Below are positions 38,650 through 48,186 of a stretch of 64,000 nucleotides of DNA, in pieces. Source of the DNA: Promethearchaeia archaeon (lineage in GTDB: Archaea; Asgardarchaeota; Lokiarchaeia; Sigyniarchaeales; SOKP01); assembly GCA_029856155.1 (NCBI GenBank), contig JAHQWL010000083.1, forward strand, positions 1-64,000, given 5' to 3'. A program made the translations under genes and the position numbers. The notes below the pieces were generated by a model. It was not told where the DNA came from and made no database searches. It saw nothing but the letters and a program-made list of their open reading frames with translations. Each line of letters starts with the position of its first letter. The stretch's first letter is position 1.

Positions 38650-39225
38650 TTAATCAATTGAAATTTTGGTGTTTTCATTTAAAACAATCTTATTTTTTAA
38701 AAATTCAATTATAGCTTGATTATCTTGTGCTTCAAGTGGAGCCCCACAGTTAGGACACCTAAAATTAAGTTCAAAAGCTTCCTCAAAATTATATTTAATA
38801 TTTGAATCTTCACAATTTAAACAAATAAAGAAATAATTATTTTGCTCGAACTGCAACCTGTCTCGCAATTTTGATTCAATCAATTTCTTTTTTTCAATAA
38901 TAATTTCTTCAAGCAAATCAAATTCATGCCACCAATAATAAATAAACCACCCTGTTGATTTATCTCTTATACGTCTAAATTGAGCTATCTTTTCAGAATA
39001 AAGTTTATAAAGCGTTTTTCGAACAGTATTTAATTTTAAGATTTCAGTGTCATCTGGTTCGAAATCAATGTCCGTGCCTTCAATATGCTCTTTTATATTT
39101 TCTGTAATATCTTCATCTGTTATATCTTTAGATTCAGAATTCAGAAGCTCCATTCCAACATAAATTGCGATATCTCCACCAACAATGTATAAAAAAGACT
39201 GTAAGTAAGGATTTAATTCTATAAT
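38650..39225 (-). CDS. tfe: Transcription factor E alpha
   Basis: TDEDI...LNTVRKTLYKL, GWFIYYW, C..C, FEEAFELNFRCPNCG; frame stays open upstream of ATG 39153 to ATT 39225. Confidence 0.9.
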   Translation of the reverse strand: MIELNPYLQSFLYIVGGDIAIYVGMELLNSESKDITDEDITENIKEHIEGTDIDFEPDDTEILKLNTVRKTLYKLYSEKIAQFRRIRDKSTGWFIYYWWHEFDLLEEIIIEKKKLIESKLRDRLQFEQNNYFFICLNCEDSNIKYNFEEAFELNFRCPNCGAPLEAQDNQAIIEFLKNKIVLNENTKISID

Positions 39226-39327
39226 GACTTAGCCTCGTTTTTAATATAATTTTAACTTGATAAATAATTATCTTTGATAAAAATTAAATTTTTTTAAACA
39301 TTTCTAAAAAGAAATTAATTTTAATCC

Positions 39328-40110
39328 TTAGACGACGATAGAATATTGTTTTTCAATAATTTCACCATCTACATCGATAGTTCGAAATAGCGTACCTTTT
39401 CTTATAGCCATTACTCTTAATAATCTTGAATTTTTGATATTTTTAGGAATTAGAATGTCAACTATTTTGTAATTATTAAAAAGTACAATTGTTTTCCAGT
39501 TTTTAGGGAGGTCTGATTTAAAGTCTGATAATATAGCCTCTAACGTATAGTTAAGGTTTTTTTCAGTATTACTAATATATCCTGTACAAAATTGGATCCT
39601 TTTATTTACATCATCATCTTCAACCTTCTTTTTAGATGGCTGAGGTATGTTTTTTTTGGTTGTTACCTTACAACTCGGGTTTACGTTAAATGACACCAGA
39701 AAATAACTATGTTCCCGAAATCTTTCAATACTCTCTAATAATGTATCTCTATTTGTTTGGTCTATAATCTCCGTTTTATAATTTTTGGTTTGACCTGTTG
39801 ATTGTTTAAGATCCCAATCAAACCCTAAACTATTTATCACTTCAGAAATGTCTGCTCCAGATATTAATTTTCCTTTAATTTCGAATTTCTCAGCTGAATT
39901 TGAAATTCCACTCGTCACTATTTCAAGAATCAAATCTTCATATTCATGACTCCCTTTAAGTGTTAATTTAGCTTTTGTTTTAGAAATTTTTATTGCAGGT
40001 CCTATAAAATCTCCTCTAGAATATCTATAGAAATGCCGATGTATACTTTTATATTTTTCCGCAGGATCATTTAAAACTGGTGTTTCAATAATTTTTTTTA
40101 GAAAATGCAT
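39328..40110 (-). CDS. Conserved hypothetical protein upstream of tfe
   Basis: 260-aa ORF, HRHFYRYSRG motif; no function recognised. Confidence 0.7.
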   Translation of the reverse strand: MHFLKKIIETPVLNDPAEKYKSIHRHFYRYSRGDFIGPAIKISKTKAKLTLKGSHEYEDLILEIVTSGISNSAEKFEIKGKLISGADISEVINSLGFDWDLKQSTGQTKNYKTEIIDQTNRDTLLESIERFREHSYFLVSFNVNPSCKVTTKKNIPQPSKKKVEDDDVNKRIQFCTGYISNTEKNLNYTLEAILSDFKSDLPKNWKTIVLFNNYKIVDILIPKNIKNSRLLRVMAIRKGTLFRTIDVDGEIIEKQYSIVV

Positions 40111-40248
40111 AATTTTTGATAGCTTAATTTTCTTTGAAGATAATTTTGTTCTATTTATTAAATATCAAAAGATTATAATTATAAATTTTATTCATTAATA
40201 AAATTAAAAAAAAATAAAATATATCTAAACATACAAACCACAAAAAAT

Positions 40249-40464
40249 TTGTTGTTATTGGATATGGCTGGTATTCCTTCTTTATCTTTATGGATTTTTG
40301 CGTGGATTTTTCTTTTTATAGGGCTAGCATCATTGATAATTTTAGTAATTTATACAAAATATGGAAGAGAAGTATCAGTCCGACTCTCAATAATTAGTAT
40401 AGTTATTGCTTCAATATTCCTTGGATTCGCTTTTCATTTTTTACTTCTCTCATGGGGGATATAA
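40249..40464 (+). CDS. Small two-TM membrane protein
   Basis: Two hydrophobic helices; start probably ATG 40264. Confidence 0.65.
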   Translation: MLLLDMAGIPSLSLWIFAWIFLFIGLASLIILVIYTKYGREVSVRLSIISIVIASIFLGFAFHFLLLSWGI

Positions 40465-40635
40465 TTTAAACAATTTAACATACTTGGAATTAAATTTAGT
40501 TTTTTTCTAAAAGGGAACTAGCATTTCGATTTTAACAGTTTTATAATTTGTATTGTTAATATTTAAAAAAGAAGAAAAGTTTTCTTCTAATAATTAAAAT
40601 TTCTTCAATCTAATTATAAAAAAAGAGAAGATAAT

Positions 40636-41052
40636 ATGTTATTTCAGATGGACCCTACTCTTGAGTTTGTATTATGGCTTATTTTAGCAACAGTAATTGT
40701 AGCGCTAATTCTTTACATTGCGGTTCTACTTATTGTGTCAAAAACTAAAGCCTCAGATAAAAAGTTTTTAATAATTCTTTTGGCATTTATTTGTGTTCTT
40801 GTAATTCCATTAGTTTTAGGCGCAATTGGTTCAATATTTGGAATTTTTAGTCAAATTCCTTGGAGTGATGGCAATTATTTAACATTATTAATTCCAATAA
40901 TTGGTTTTCTAATAGTATTGGTACTAGTTAAATTTCTTTTAGACGTTGCCTGGGATCATTCTTTATGGATATCCTTACTAACATTATTTGTTTTATTCCT
41001 TCTGTATACTTTGATACCTGGACTTGCAAGCTTCCTTAAATTTACAGTATAA
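40636..41052 (+). CDS. Four-TM membrane protein
   Basis: Four long hydrophobic segments. Confidence 0.75.
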   Translation: MLFQMDPTLEFVLWLILATVIVALILYIAVLLIVSKTKASDKKFLIILLAFICVLVIPLVLGAIGSIFGIFSQIPWSDGNYLTLLIPIIGFLIVLVLVKFLLDVAWDHSLWISLLTLFVLFLLYTLIPGLASFLKFTV

Positions 41053-41190
41053 TTAATTTCAGAAATAAAGTAAACAACAAAACTATTTTTTTCTTTTAAT
41101 TAATCGTTAAACATGAAATTATTTAATAAATTTTCAATTTGATAAGTAAAAAAGTTAGTAAAGTATTAGATTTAAAAAAATAATATTGTC

Positions 41191-44100
41191 TTATATTTTT
41201 TCTTTTAACTTAAGTCTTGGAGCAAGTCCTAAACTCATCATCTCTTGTAATAGCAACTTGAATGCGTAAGAACATACAACCTTCGAAATGATAGTTCCTT
41301 CTCCACACACTGGACAATAACGCTTGTCTCTATTTCGATCATATACAGCTAAAAGTCCGCATTTTTCACATACTAAAATTACGGTTCGATCTGATTCATC
41401 TAAAAGGCGTTCTTTTAATAATAAGGCAGAGCCATGACCTACTAAACAATCTCTCTCCATTTCCCCAAATCTTAATCCCCCTTCACGAGCACGACCTTCC
41501 GTGGGCTGTCTCGTTAAAATTTGAACTGGTCCTCTTGCTCGAGCATGCAGTTTATCTGCCACTAAGTGATATAGTTTTTGGTAATAAATTGGAGCGCAAT
41601 AAATTCCTGCTTCATATTTTTCACCTGTGATTCCATTATACATTACTTCTCTTCCATTAAACTCAAATCCCGCTTCTACTAATTGTTCTTGCAGTTTTGT
41701 AATATCTGTCCACTCAAATGCGGTTGCATCTCCTAATTTTCCTGTTGTACAAGCAATCTTTCCACTAATACCCTCAAAAAGTTGTCCTAAAGTCATTCGA
41801 GATGGCATTGCATGAGGATTTACAATTATATCTGGAATGACTCCAGAGGTAGTATACGGCATATCTGCTTGATCTACTACTAATCCTAAAACCCCTTTTT
41901 GACCATGGCGAGAGGAGAACTTATCTCCTAATTCTGGGATTCTTAAATCTCTAACTTTTATTTTAACTAATTTATTTCCATCAACTGTTTCTGAAATAAT
42001 TACTGTATCTACAATTCCTTGTTCATTATGTCGCATATTTTTTGATGTTTCACGTCTATTTGGTTGCATAAGTTCAAATTCTTCATAAGATTTTATAAAT
42101 CTAGGTGGGGATGTCCTCCCAATTAACACATCTCCTCCATTTACTTGTGTCTCTGGTTCTATTATTCCATCCACTTCAGATAATAACCTATATGATTCAG
42201 CCGATTTGAATCCTCTCACTCCTCTTTCTGGGATTTCAAATTTATCAACCTCACCACCGGGGTATTTTCTTTCTTCAGCATCATAGGTTCTAAAAAAATG
42301 GCTTCGTGCAAGACCCCTCTCGATTGACGCTTTATTGATGATGATCGCATCTTCTATATTGAATCCTTCGAAACTCATCATTGCAATGATAAAATTTTGT
42401 CCGGCGGGTCTCTTATTTATCCCAATGATTTCCATTGGACTGGTTTTTACTAACGGTTGTTGAGGATAATGTAATGTGTGTCCTCTAGTGTCTAATCTCA
42501 AGTGCATATTAGCTGCAAATAAACCTAATGCTTGCTTTACCATCCCTGCCTCATATGTATTTCTAGGGGATTGATTGTGTTCTGGAAAAGGAATAATTGA
42601 AGCACAAATCCCAAGAATTGCGGCAGGGGATATCTCTAAATGAGTATGTTCTCCAGTAATATCCTCCTCGAACATGGCAATATATGCATTTTCTTCTTCT
42701 TCGGCATCTAAATATTCAATAACACCCTTTTGGATCAAATCTGACCAAATAAATTTATTTTGCTTTATCTTTTCAATATCATCTTTTGAAACGAGTAGGT
42801 TTTGATTTCTCAAAACAAATAAAGGTCTGGTTGCTCTTCCCGCATCACAATTAATTTGAATTTCTCTGGATTCATGATAATATCCTATATTTACATGTTG
42901 CCCTATCTCGCCTTTCCTTCGTTTTTCTCTCAATTGACGTATGAATGGATTATGCTGTTGATGTATACCAACTAATTTCCCATTTAAAAAGACTTTTACT
43001 TTCTCTCCTTTAATATTTTTTACCTCATTTATAGGGATCACACCTAAATCGATTAAAATATTTTCAATAATCCTTTCATTAGTTCCTACTGATATTATTG
43101 AAGCTAATCCAAGATTTTTAACTAAACCACAATTTGGTCCCTCAGGAGTTTCCGCGGGACATATTTTCCCCCATTGAGTTGGATGCAAATCTCTAGCTTC
43201 AAAATGTGGTTGACTCCGGCTTAGAGGCGATATAACTCTTCTCAAGTGGCTTAATGTACCAACATGATTTGTTCTGTTTAAAAGTTGACTGACGCCTGCT
43301 TTACCACCGACCCAATTACCTGTAGCTAATGCGTGTCTAATCCTTTCTGTAATCACATCAGCCCTTACCGCCGTTTTTATATTTGGAGCTCTACCTCGAA
43401 CTGCAGTCCTTTCTAATTGATATTTAATATCTTTAACAAGATTTAAAAAGGCTACCCTAAATAATGATGTGAATAGTTCACCCGCTAATTTTAACCTTTT
43501 ATTAGCATAATGATCTTTATCATCTGGTTCTCTTAAACTTAAAGCGAGTTCCATTACTTTTTGCGCCATCTGGCCCAAATAATACGCTTTTTTAATTCGA
43601 TCTCCTTCATCATTTCCGATATGGGGCAAAAGATATCTGTCTAAAACCTGTAAAGCTCTTCTAATACGATAATCTTTCGTTTGTCCAATTGCAACTCTTT
43701 TTCCTATATAATCAAGTGCATTATGCTGAGATTTTTCTGGATCTTTTAATACTTGTATCTCAGAAGCAACATCTATTACAGGAATTAATTCTTTCTGGAT
43801 TTCATCATTTTCTGAAATAGCTTCAAATATCTCTCTGTCTGAATGTAATCCTAATGAACGCATTAGTATTGCTAAAGGTACTTTTCCTGGAACTGATGGA
43901 AATGATACTCTAAGATTTCCATCTTTTTTTCGCTCAATTGTTACAGGTGCTCTAAAACCACTTCTTGTTGAAAAAACTTTCGCTTGATGAGTTGCACTAG
44001 AACTTCTACTAGCTTCTTCAGCAAGTATCCTATTCGGAGCAAGATCCTCCTGCGTAACGAGAACTCGCTCGGTCCCATTTATTATGAAGTAGCCGCCAGG

Positions 44101-44562
44101 ATCTAACGGATCTTCACCCCGATTGATCAATTCTTGTTCAGATAAGCTTTCTAAAGGGCACCGACAGCTTTTAAGCATTATTGGAATCTTTCCAATATAT
44201 ATACCTAAAGTTTCTTCAGCTTCTTCTCTCTGGGTTCGTTCATCAATAGTTATAGGGGTCATCTCTAAAGTAATATCTGCAGCATAGCTTAATTCTCTAA
44301 TTCTTGCTTCTATTGGAGTAATTTCCATAGTAGCTCCATCTGCTTCTCTTACTTTTGGCACTCCAACGTTAATTTTACCAAATTTAATTTTAAATCCCGG
44401 TATATCAGGAATGACTTCCCCCGATTCATCAACAATCGTCTGCATTTCATATTCAATAAAACTATTGTACGAATCTAAATGCTGACGGACTAAACCCTTT
44501 TCATCGAATAAGCTTTTTAAGATAATCCATTTATCTTCATTTGATAATTTTTCAGAACTCAA
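41191..44562 (-). CDS. rpoB: DNA-directed RNA polymerase subunit Rpo2 (B), unsplit
   Basis: GGYFIING.E, ETPEG, GDKFSSRHGQKG, RFGEMERD, C-terminal zinc ribbon. Confidence 0.98.
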   Translation of the reverse strand: MSSEKLSNEDKWIILKSLFDEKGLVRQHLDSYNSFIEYEMQTIVDESGEVIPDIPGFKIKFGKINVGVPKVREADGATMEITPIEARIRELSYAADITLEMTPITIDERTQREEAEETLGIYIGKIPIMLKSCRCPLESLSEQELINRGEDPLDPGGYFIINGTERVLVTQEDLAPNRILAEEASRSSSATHQAKVFSTRSGFRAPVTIERKKDGNLRVSFPSVPGKVPLAILMRSLGLHSDREIFEAISENDEIQKELIPVIDVASEIQVLKDPEKSQHNALDYIGKRVAIGQTKDYRIRRALQVLDRYLLPHIGNDEGDRIKKAYYLGQMAQKVMELALSLREPDDKDHYANKRLKLAGELFTSLFRVAFLNLVKDIKYQLERTAVRGRAPNIKTAVRADVITERIRHALATGNWVGGKAGVSQLLNRTNHVGTLSHLRRVISPLSRSQPHFEARDLHPTQWGKICPAETPEGPNCGLVKNLGLASIISVGTNERIIENILIDLGVIPINEVKNIKGEKVKVFLNGKLVGIHQQHNPFIRQLREKRRKGEIGQHVNIGYYHESREIQINCDAGRATRPLFVLRNQNLLVSKDDIEKIKQNKFIWSDLIQKGVIEYLDAEEEENAYIAMFEEDITGEHTHLEISPAAILGICASIIPFPEHNQSPRNTYEAGMVKQALGLFAANMHLRLDTRGHTLHYPQQPLVKTSPMEIIGINKRPAGQNFIIAMMSFEGFNIEDAIIINKASIERGLARSHFFRTYDAEERKYPGGEVDKFEIPERGVRGFKSAESYRLLSEVDGIIEPETQVNGGDVLIGRTSPPRFIKSYEEFELMQPNRRETSKNMRHNEQGIVDTVIISETVDGNKLVKIKVRDLRIPELGDKFSSRHGQKGVLGLVVDQADMPYTTSGVIPDIIVNPHAMPSRMTLGQLFEGISGKIACTTGKLGDATAFEWTDITKLQEQLVEAGFEFNGREVMYNGITGEKYEAGIYCAPIYYQKLYHLVADKLHARARGPVQILTRQPTEGRAREGGLRFGEMERDCLVGHGSALLLKERLLDESDRTVILVCEKCGLLAVYDRNRDKRYCPVCGEGTIISKVVCSYAFKLLLQEMMSLGLAPRLKLKEKI

Positions 44563-44607
44563 AATTCATTAAACCATATATAAGTTATTTTTCATAAAAA
44601 AACAATA

Positions 44608-44865
44608 TTAAGCTTTTTCCTTTTTCACATAACGATAATAATCTATAGATTTTACTGAAGTATTAGAGTCACGAATTATTTTTACAATATCTCCTTCTTT
44701 TGCTCCGATAGCGATTGCAACTGGATCTTTTTCAAACATTTGTGGTAAATCAGTTATGCCAATCCGATATTTTTCTAAAAGTTGTTGCGATTCTTCTTTA
44801 GTTAAGAGCAAATGTTTAGGGACAAATTTATGGAGCAAAACATCTATCTGTTTCTTTTTAGTCAA
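44608..44865 (-). CDS. rpoH: RNA polymerase subunit Rpo5 (H)
   Basis: H.FVPKH, LPQM...DPV...GAKEGDIVKIIR, YYRYV. Confidence 0.95.
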   Translation of the reverse strand: MTKKKQIDVLLHKFVPKHLLLTKEESQQLLEKYRIGITDLPQMFEKDPVAIAIGAKEGDIVKIIRDSNTSVKSIDYYRYVKKEKA

Positions 44866-44979
44866 GGAAAAATCCTCCCTTTTTACGAATTATAAATAAT
44901 GTAGTGTTGCTGTTCTAAAAAATTTTTCCATTTTTTTTTCATTTTTCTCATAATAAACGAGATTTCTATTATTTTACAA

Positions 44980-45609
44980 TTAATCAAAACAATTAAAAAC
45001 CCAATATCCACTCCTTTTGCATAAAATCTCAATATTTTCATTTGGAAAAGTATCTGTAAAATATTTTAAAATGTAAGCTGCCCCCATTTTTTTCTTAATT
45101 ACAAATTGAAAATACCCCTTTGATTTTAAATTGTTGCGAATTTCAGATAACAATACTAAAAATTCTTTCCTTCCTCGACGCAGAGGAGGATTCATATAAA
45201 TTCCATCAAATCTTAAATTTTTGGTTTTAATAGGGTCAAAATAATTTCCAGATAACGCAATTATATTTTTCCTTTCCCTCAGTAGATTTATTTTAATATT
45301 CTCTTTTGCACACCATATAGCCCGTCTATTAATATCTAATAGATAAACAGAACTTTGAGGAGACTCATAAGCTAAAACAATTCCTATTGGTCCATAACCA
45401 CATCCTAAATCAAGTAAAATATTAGATTCTTTTGGGATAGACATATGTTCAATAAGAACTTTAGTACCTAAGTCGACCTTTTTAAATGAAAAAACACCTG
45501 TAATGGTTTTAAAAATATAAAGGTGTTTTCTTAAACTTTCTGAAATAGTGTGAATTTTTACATTAACTTCGGGAATTTTGCTATAATAATGGGATTTATT
45601 ATTATCCAT
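44980..45609 (-). CDS. RsmC/MTS-like class I SAM methyltransferase
   Basis: GVFS...VDLGT, LDLGCGYG, NPP, SGYWV. Confidence 0.9.
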   Translation of the reverse strand: MDNNKSHYYSKIPEVNVKIHTISESLRKHLYIFKTITGVFSFKKVDLGTKVLIEHMSIPKESNILLDLGCGYGPIGIVLAYESPQSSVYLLDINRRAIWCAKENIKINLLRERKNIIALSGNYFDPIKTKNLRFDGIYMNPPLRRGRKEFLVLLSEIRNNLKSKGYFQFVIKKKMGAAYILKYFTDTFPNENIEILCKRSGYWVFNCFD

Positions 45610-45635
45610 AATATAAAAATCAGTATTGTCTAAAT

Positions 45636-46643
45636 CTATTCTTTTTTCTCATTCCAACGAGGATAGGTTCTTCTCTCCATGAAAACTTTATTAGTTTTTA
45701 CGAGTATTCCTGATTTAGCTTTATATATTTGAAGTGCATCTTTTAAAGCTGTACCAAACCCTATTAACTCTTTTTTTAAACTCATAAATGCAACTAACAT
45801 ATTATTCTTTATCCTAGCATCAATATAACATATACCTGCAGAGGCTAGATCTGCTCCATGACATAAAGCATCCACTGCGGTATCTCTAACATAAATCTTA
45901 GGTAGATGAGATACCATTTTCTCCATTGGGAATACAAATTTCTTCAAATAATAATTGTTTCCCTCTATTTGATAAATTGTAACCGCATCTTTTAAATTTT
46001 GTAGCGTTATTAGATTATCACTTTCTTTAAAATTACCCACCCTTGTTCTTCTTAACTCAAGCATATGAGCACCAGAACATAAAGCTTCTCCTAAATCAAA
46101 ACAAAATTTCCTCACATAAGTTCCCGCTTCACATCCAAGACGAAATAAGATATGATTATTGCTAACTTCAATAACTTCGCTATAATAAATCTCTCTTACC
46201 CGTAATTTTCTCGCAACAGATGATTTTAATGGAGGTCTTTGATAGATTTTTCCTGTAAATAATTCAAATATTTTCTCTATCTTTTTTCTTTTTTCTGGGG
46301 TGTGTAAATACATCACTCCTATATATTCCTTCCCGGCGTTTAATAATGCTGATAATACTCTTGTTGCTTTTCCAAGAGCACATGGTAATATACCGGTAAC
46401 TTTTGGATCAAGAGTTCCTCCATGACCCGCATTTGAAATACCCAAAATTTTACGAACCCATGATACTACTTCATGGCTAGTTGGACCACTTGGTTTATCA
46501 AGATTTATTACTCCATATTGTAAAAGTAATTCAATACTTCTTTTTTCAGGCTCAATGCCATAATTTGGGTCAGAATTATCTTGAGATTTTACTAAAAGTT
46601 GCTCAGGTTCATCAGAGGGTAATTTAAATTCTAAATTTTCCAT
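45636..46643 (-). CDS. cbf5: H/ACA pseudouridine synthase Cbf5 (TruB family)
   Basis: NLDKPSGPTSHEV, GHGGTLDPKVTG, QRPP..SSV, GTYVRK, PUA domain. Confidence 0.95.
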   Translation of the reverse strand: MENLEFKLPSDEPEQLLVKSQDNSDPNYGIEPEKRSIELLLQYGVINLDKPSGPTSHEVVSWVRKILGISNAGHGGTLDPKVTGILPCALGKATRVLSALLNAGKEYIGVMYLHTPEKRKKIEKIFELFTGKIYQRPPLKSSVARKLRVREIYYSEVIEVSNNHILFRLGCEAGTYVRKFCFDLGEALCSGAHMLELRRTRVGNFKESDNLITLQNLKDAVTIYQIEGNNYYLKKFVFPMEKMVSHLPKIYVRDTAVDALCHGADLASAGICYIDARIKNNMLVAFMSLKKELIGFGTALKDALQIYKAKSGILVKTNKVFMERRTYPRWNEKKE

Positions 46644-46759
46644 GCTAAATAATAGTGAAAGAAATAATTAATTAATTATAAACTTAAAGATCTCATAAAT
46701 TTTTCTTAATAAAATTTCTTTAGATGATAATCAACTATTAAGATGTTAGTGGAAAATAA

Positions 46760-46863
46760 CGGGCTATAGGGGAATTGAACCCCCGACCTTTCTTTTTAAG
46801 GGAGATATACCCTTAAATGTCAGGTTAAAAGCCTGCTGCGCTACCTGCCTGCGCCAATAGCCC
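46760..46863 (-). tRNA. tRNA-Lys(UUU) with a 30-nt insert at ~44/45 (probable intron 46789-46818)
   Basis: GGGCTAT/ATAGCCC acceptor, GCAGG-CTTTTAA-CCTG anticodon arm, GGGGG-TTCAATT-CCCCT T arm; insert has hairpin TTTAAGGG/CCCTTAAA. Confidence 0.88.
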
Positions 46864-46988
46864 TTAAAGAATTTTTTTTATGCGTAGACGTAAATTGCAT
46901 AAGAATAAATCCTTTATAATATAAAAATTTTATTTAAATGAGTTTCTTTCCTTCAAGTTTTAAATAATATATTAAAAGCTATAAAATC

Positions 46989-48014
46989 TCAAGCCCTTTT
47001 GTTGAAATGCTCAAAACCATGACTCTTTATTTCTTTTTTTTCACCCTCTTTAACAATATATATATGTTCCCCAGATAACACTTTTCCAATTTTAAAAATT
47101 TGTCCATATTTAGATTGAATTTCCTGTTGAGCTGTGTTAAAATCTGAAGGATCAATAGTAAATAAGTGAATAAATTCTTCACCTCCACTTAATACTAAAT
47201 CTTCTAAGGAAACATTGAATTCATTGGAATATTTAATCGCTTCTGCATCAATTAAATCATCATTAAAGTAGATTTCAAAACCTAAATTAGGATTTGATAA
47301 CATTAATTCTTGTAAAGATTTAGACAATCCGTCAGAGGAATCTATACTTGAAGTTGCTAAATTTCTTTCTGATAATATAAACGCTTCATTTCCGGTGATT
47401 TTAGGCTCTAATACACTCATAATTGATCTTTCATAATTTGGGAACTCATGAGGACCGCCTCTTTTGTTTAAAAGGATGTCAAAACCTACTCCGGTTAAAC
47501 CAAATTTATTATTAGCAACTAGAATATCACCTAGCTTTAACCCTCTCCTATAAATCATTGCTGAAGGACTTTTAAAACCAAATATAGTTGGATTTATGAT
47601 TAATTCTTTTGTTTCATTAACGTCTCCCCCAATATAATCCAGATTAAATTTTACACTATAATCAATAATCCCTTTTAATAATTCAATAAACTCATATTTT
47701 TTCATTTCCCTTGGAAGACCAAAAGAGATAATTAAACCACTTGGCTTAACACCTTTAACCAGTAAATCACTCACATTCATTATTACCGATTTCCTACCGA
47801 TCTGATAGGAATTCATTTGAGGTGGGGCATCTGTTGTGGAGACTAACATATCAGAATTTAAAACGATATTTCTATTTGAATATTGGTTTTTAAATTCAAA
47901 AAAAAAAGAATCATCTCTTAATAGCTCTTTTCCAGTTTTTTTCAAAACTAGTTCTTCTATAAGCTTTATTATTTTTGTTTCTCCTAAATTTCCTACCTGA
48001 AGATTATTATTCAT
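46989..48014 (-). CDS. thiL: Thiamine-monophosphate kinase
   Basis: LGE..II, DD, DML, N.SDL...G, GGD, DSSDGL, GGEEF, GFEHF. Confidence 0.9.
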   Translation of the reverse strand: MNNNLQVGNLGETKIIKLIEELVLKKTGKELLRDDSFFFEFKNQYSNRNIVLNSDMLVSTTDAPPQMNSYQIGRKSVIMNVSDLLVKGVKPSGLIISFGLPREMKKYEFIELLKGIIDYSVKFNLDYIGGDVNETKELIINPTIFGFKSPSAMIYRRGLKLGDILVANNKFGLTGVGFDILLNKRGGPHEFPNYERSIMSVLEPKITGNEAFILSERNLATSSIDSSDGLSKSLQELMLSNPNLGFEIYFNDDLIDAEAIKYSNEFNVSLEDLVLSGGEEFIHLFTIDPSDFNTAQQEIQSKYGQIFKIGKVLSGEHIYIVKEGEKKEIKSHGFEHFNKRA

Positions 48015-48080
48015 TAAATAAAATTTAAAATTTTATTATAATTATAATTTTTGAAGAAACTCGTATTTTTAAAATTTCTT

Positions 48081-48182
48081 GCCTCTGTGGCTTAGCGGGT
48101 ATAGCAACATTAAATGTCAGTTTGAAGAAAATGCTAAAGATTCGTAATCTGTAGGTCGGGGGTTCAATTCCCCCCAGAGGCT
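48081..48182 (+). tRNA. tRNA-Thr(CGU) with 29-nt intron at ~28/29 (48109-48137)
   Basis: GCCTCTG/CAGAGGC acceptor; spliced arm ACAGA-TTCGTAA-TCTGT; BHB-like AGCA/TGCT helix with ACA and AAA bulges. Confidence 0.9.
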
Positions 48183-48186
48183 TTCA

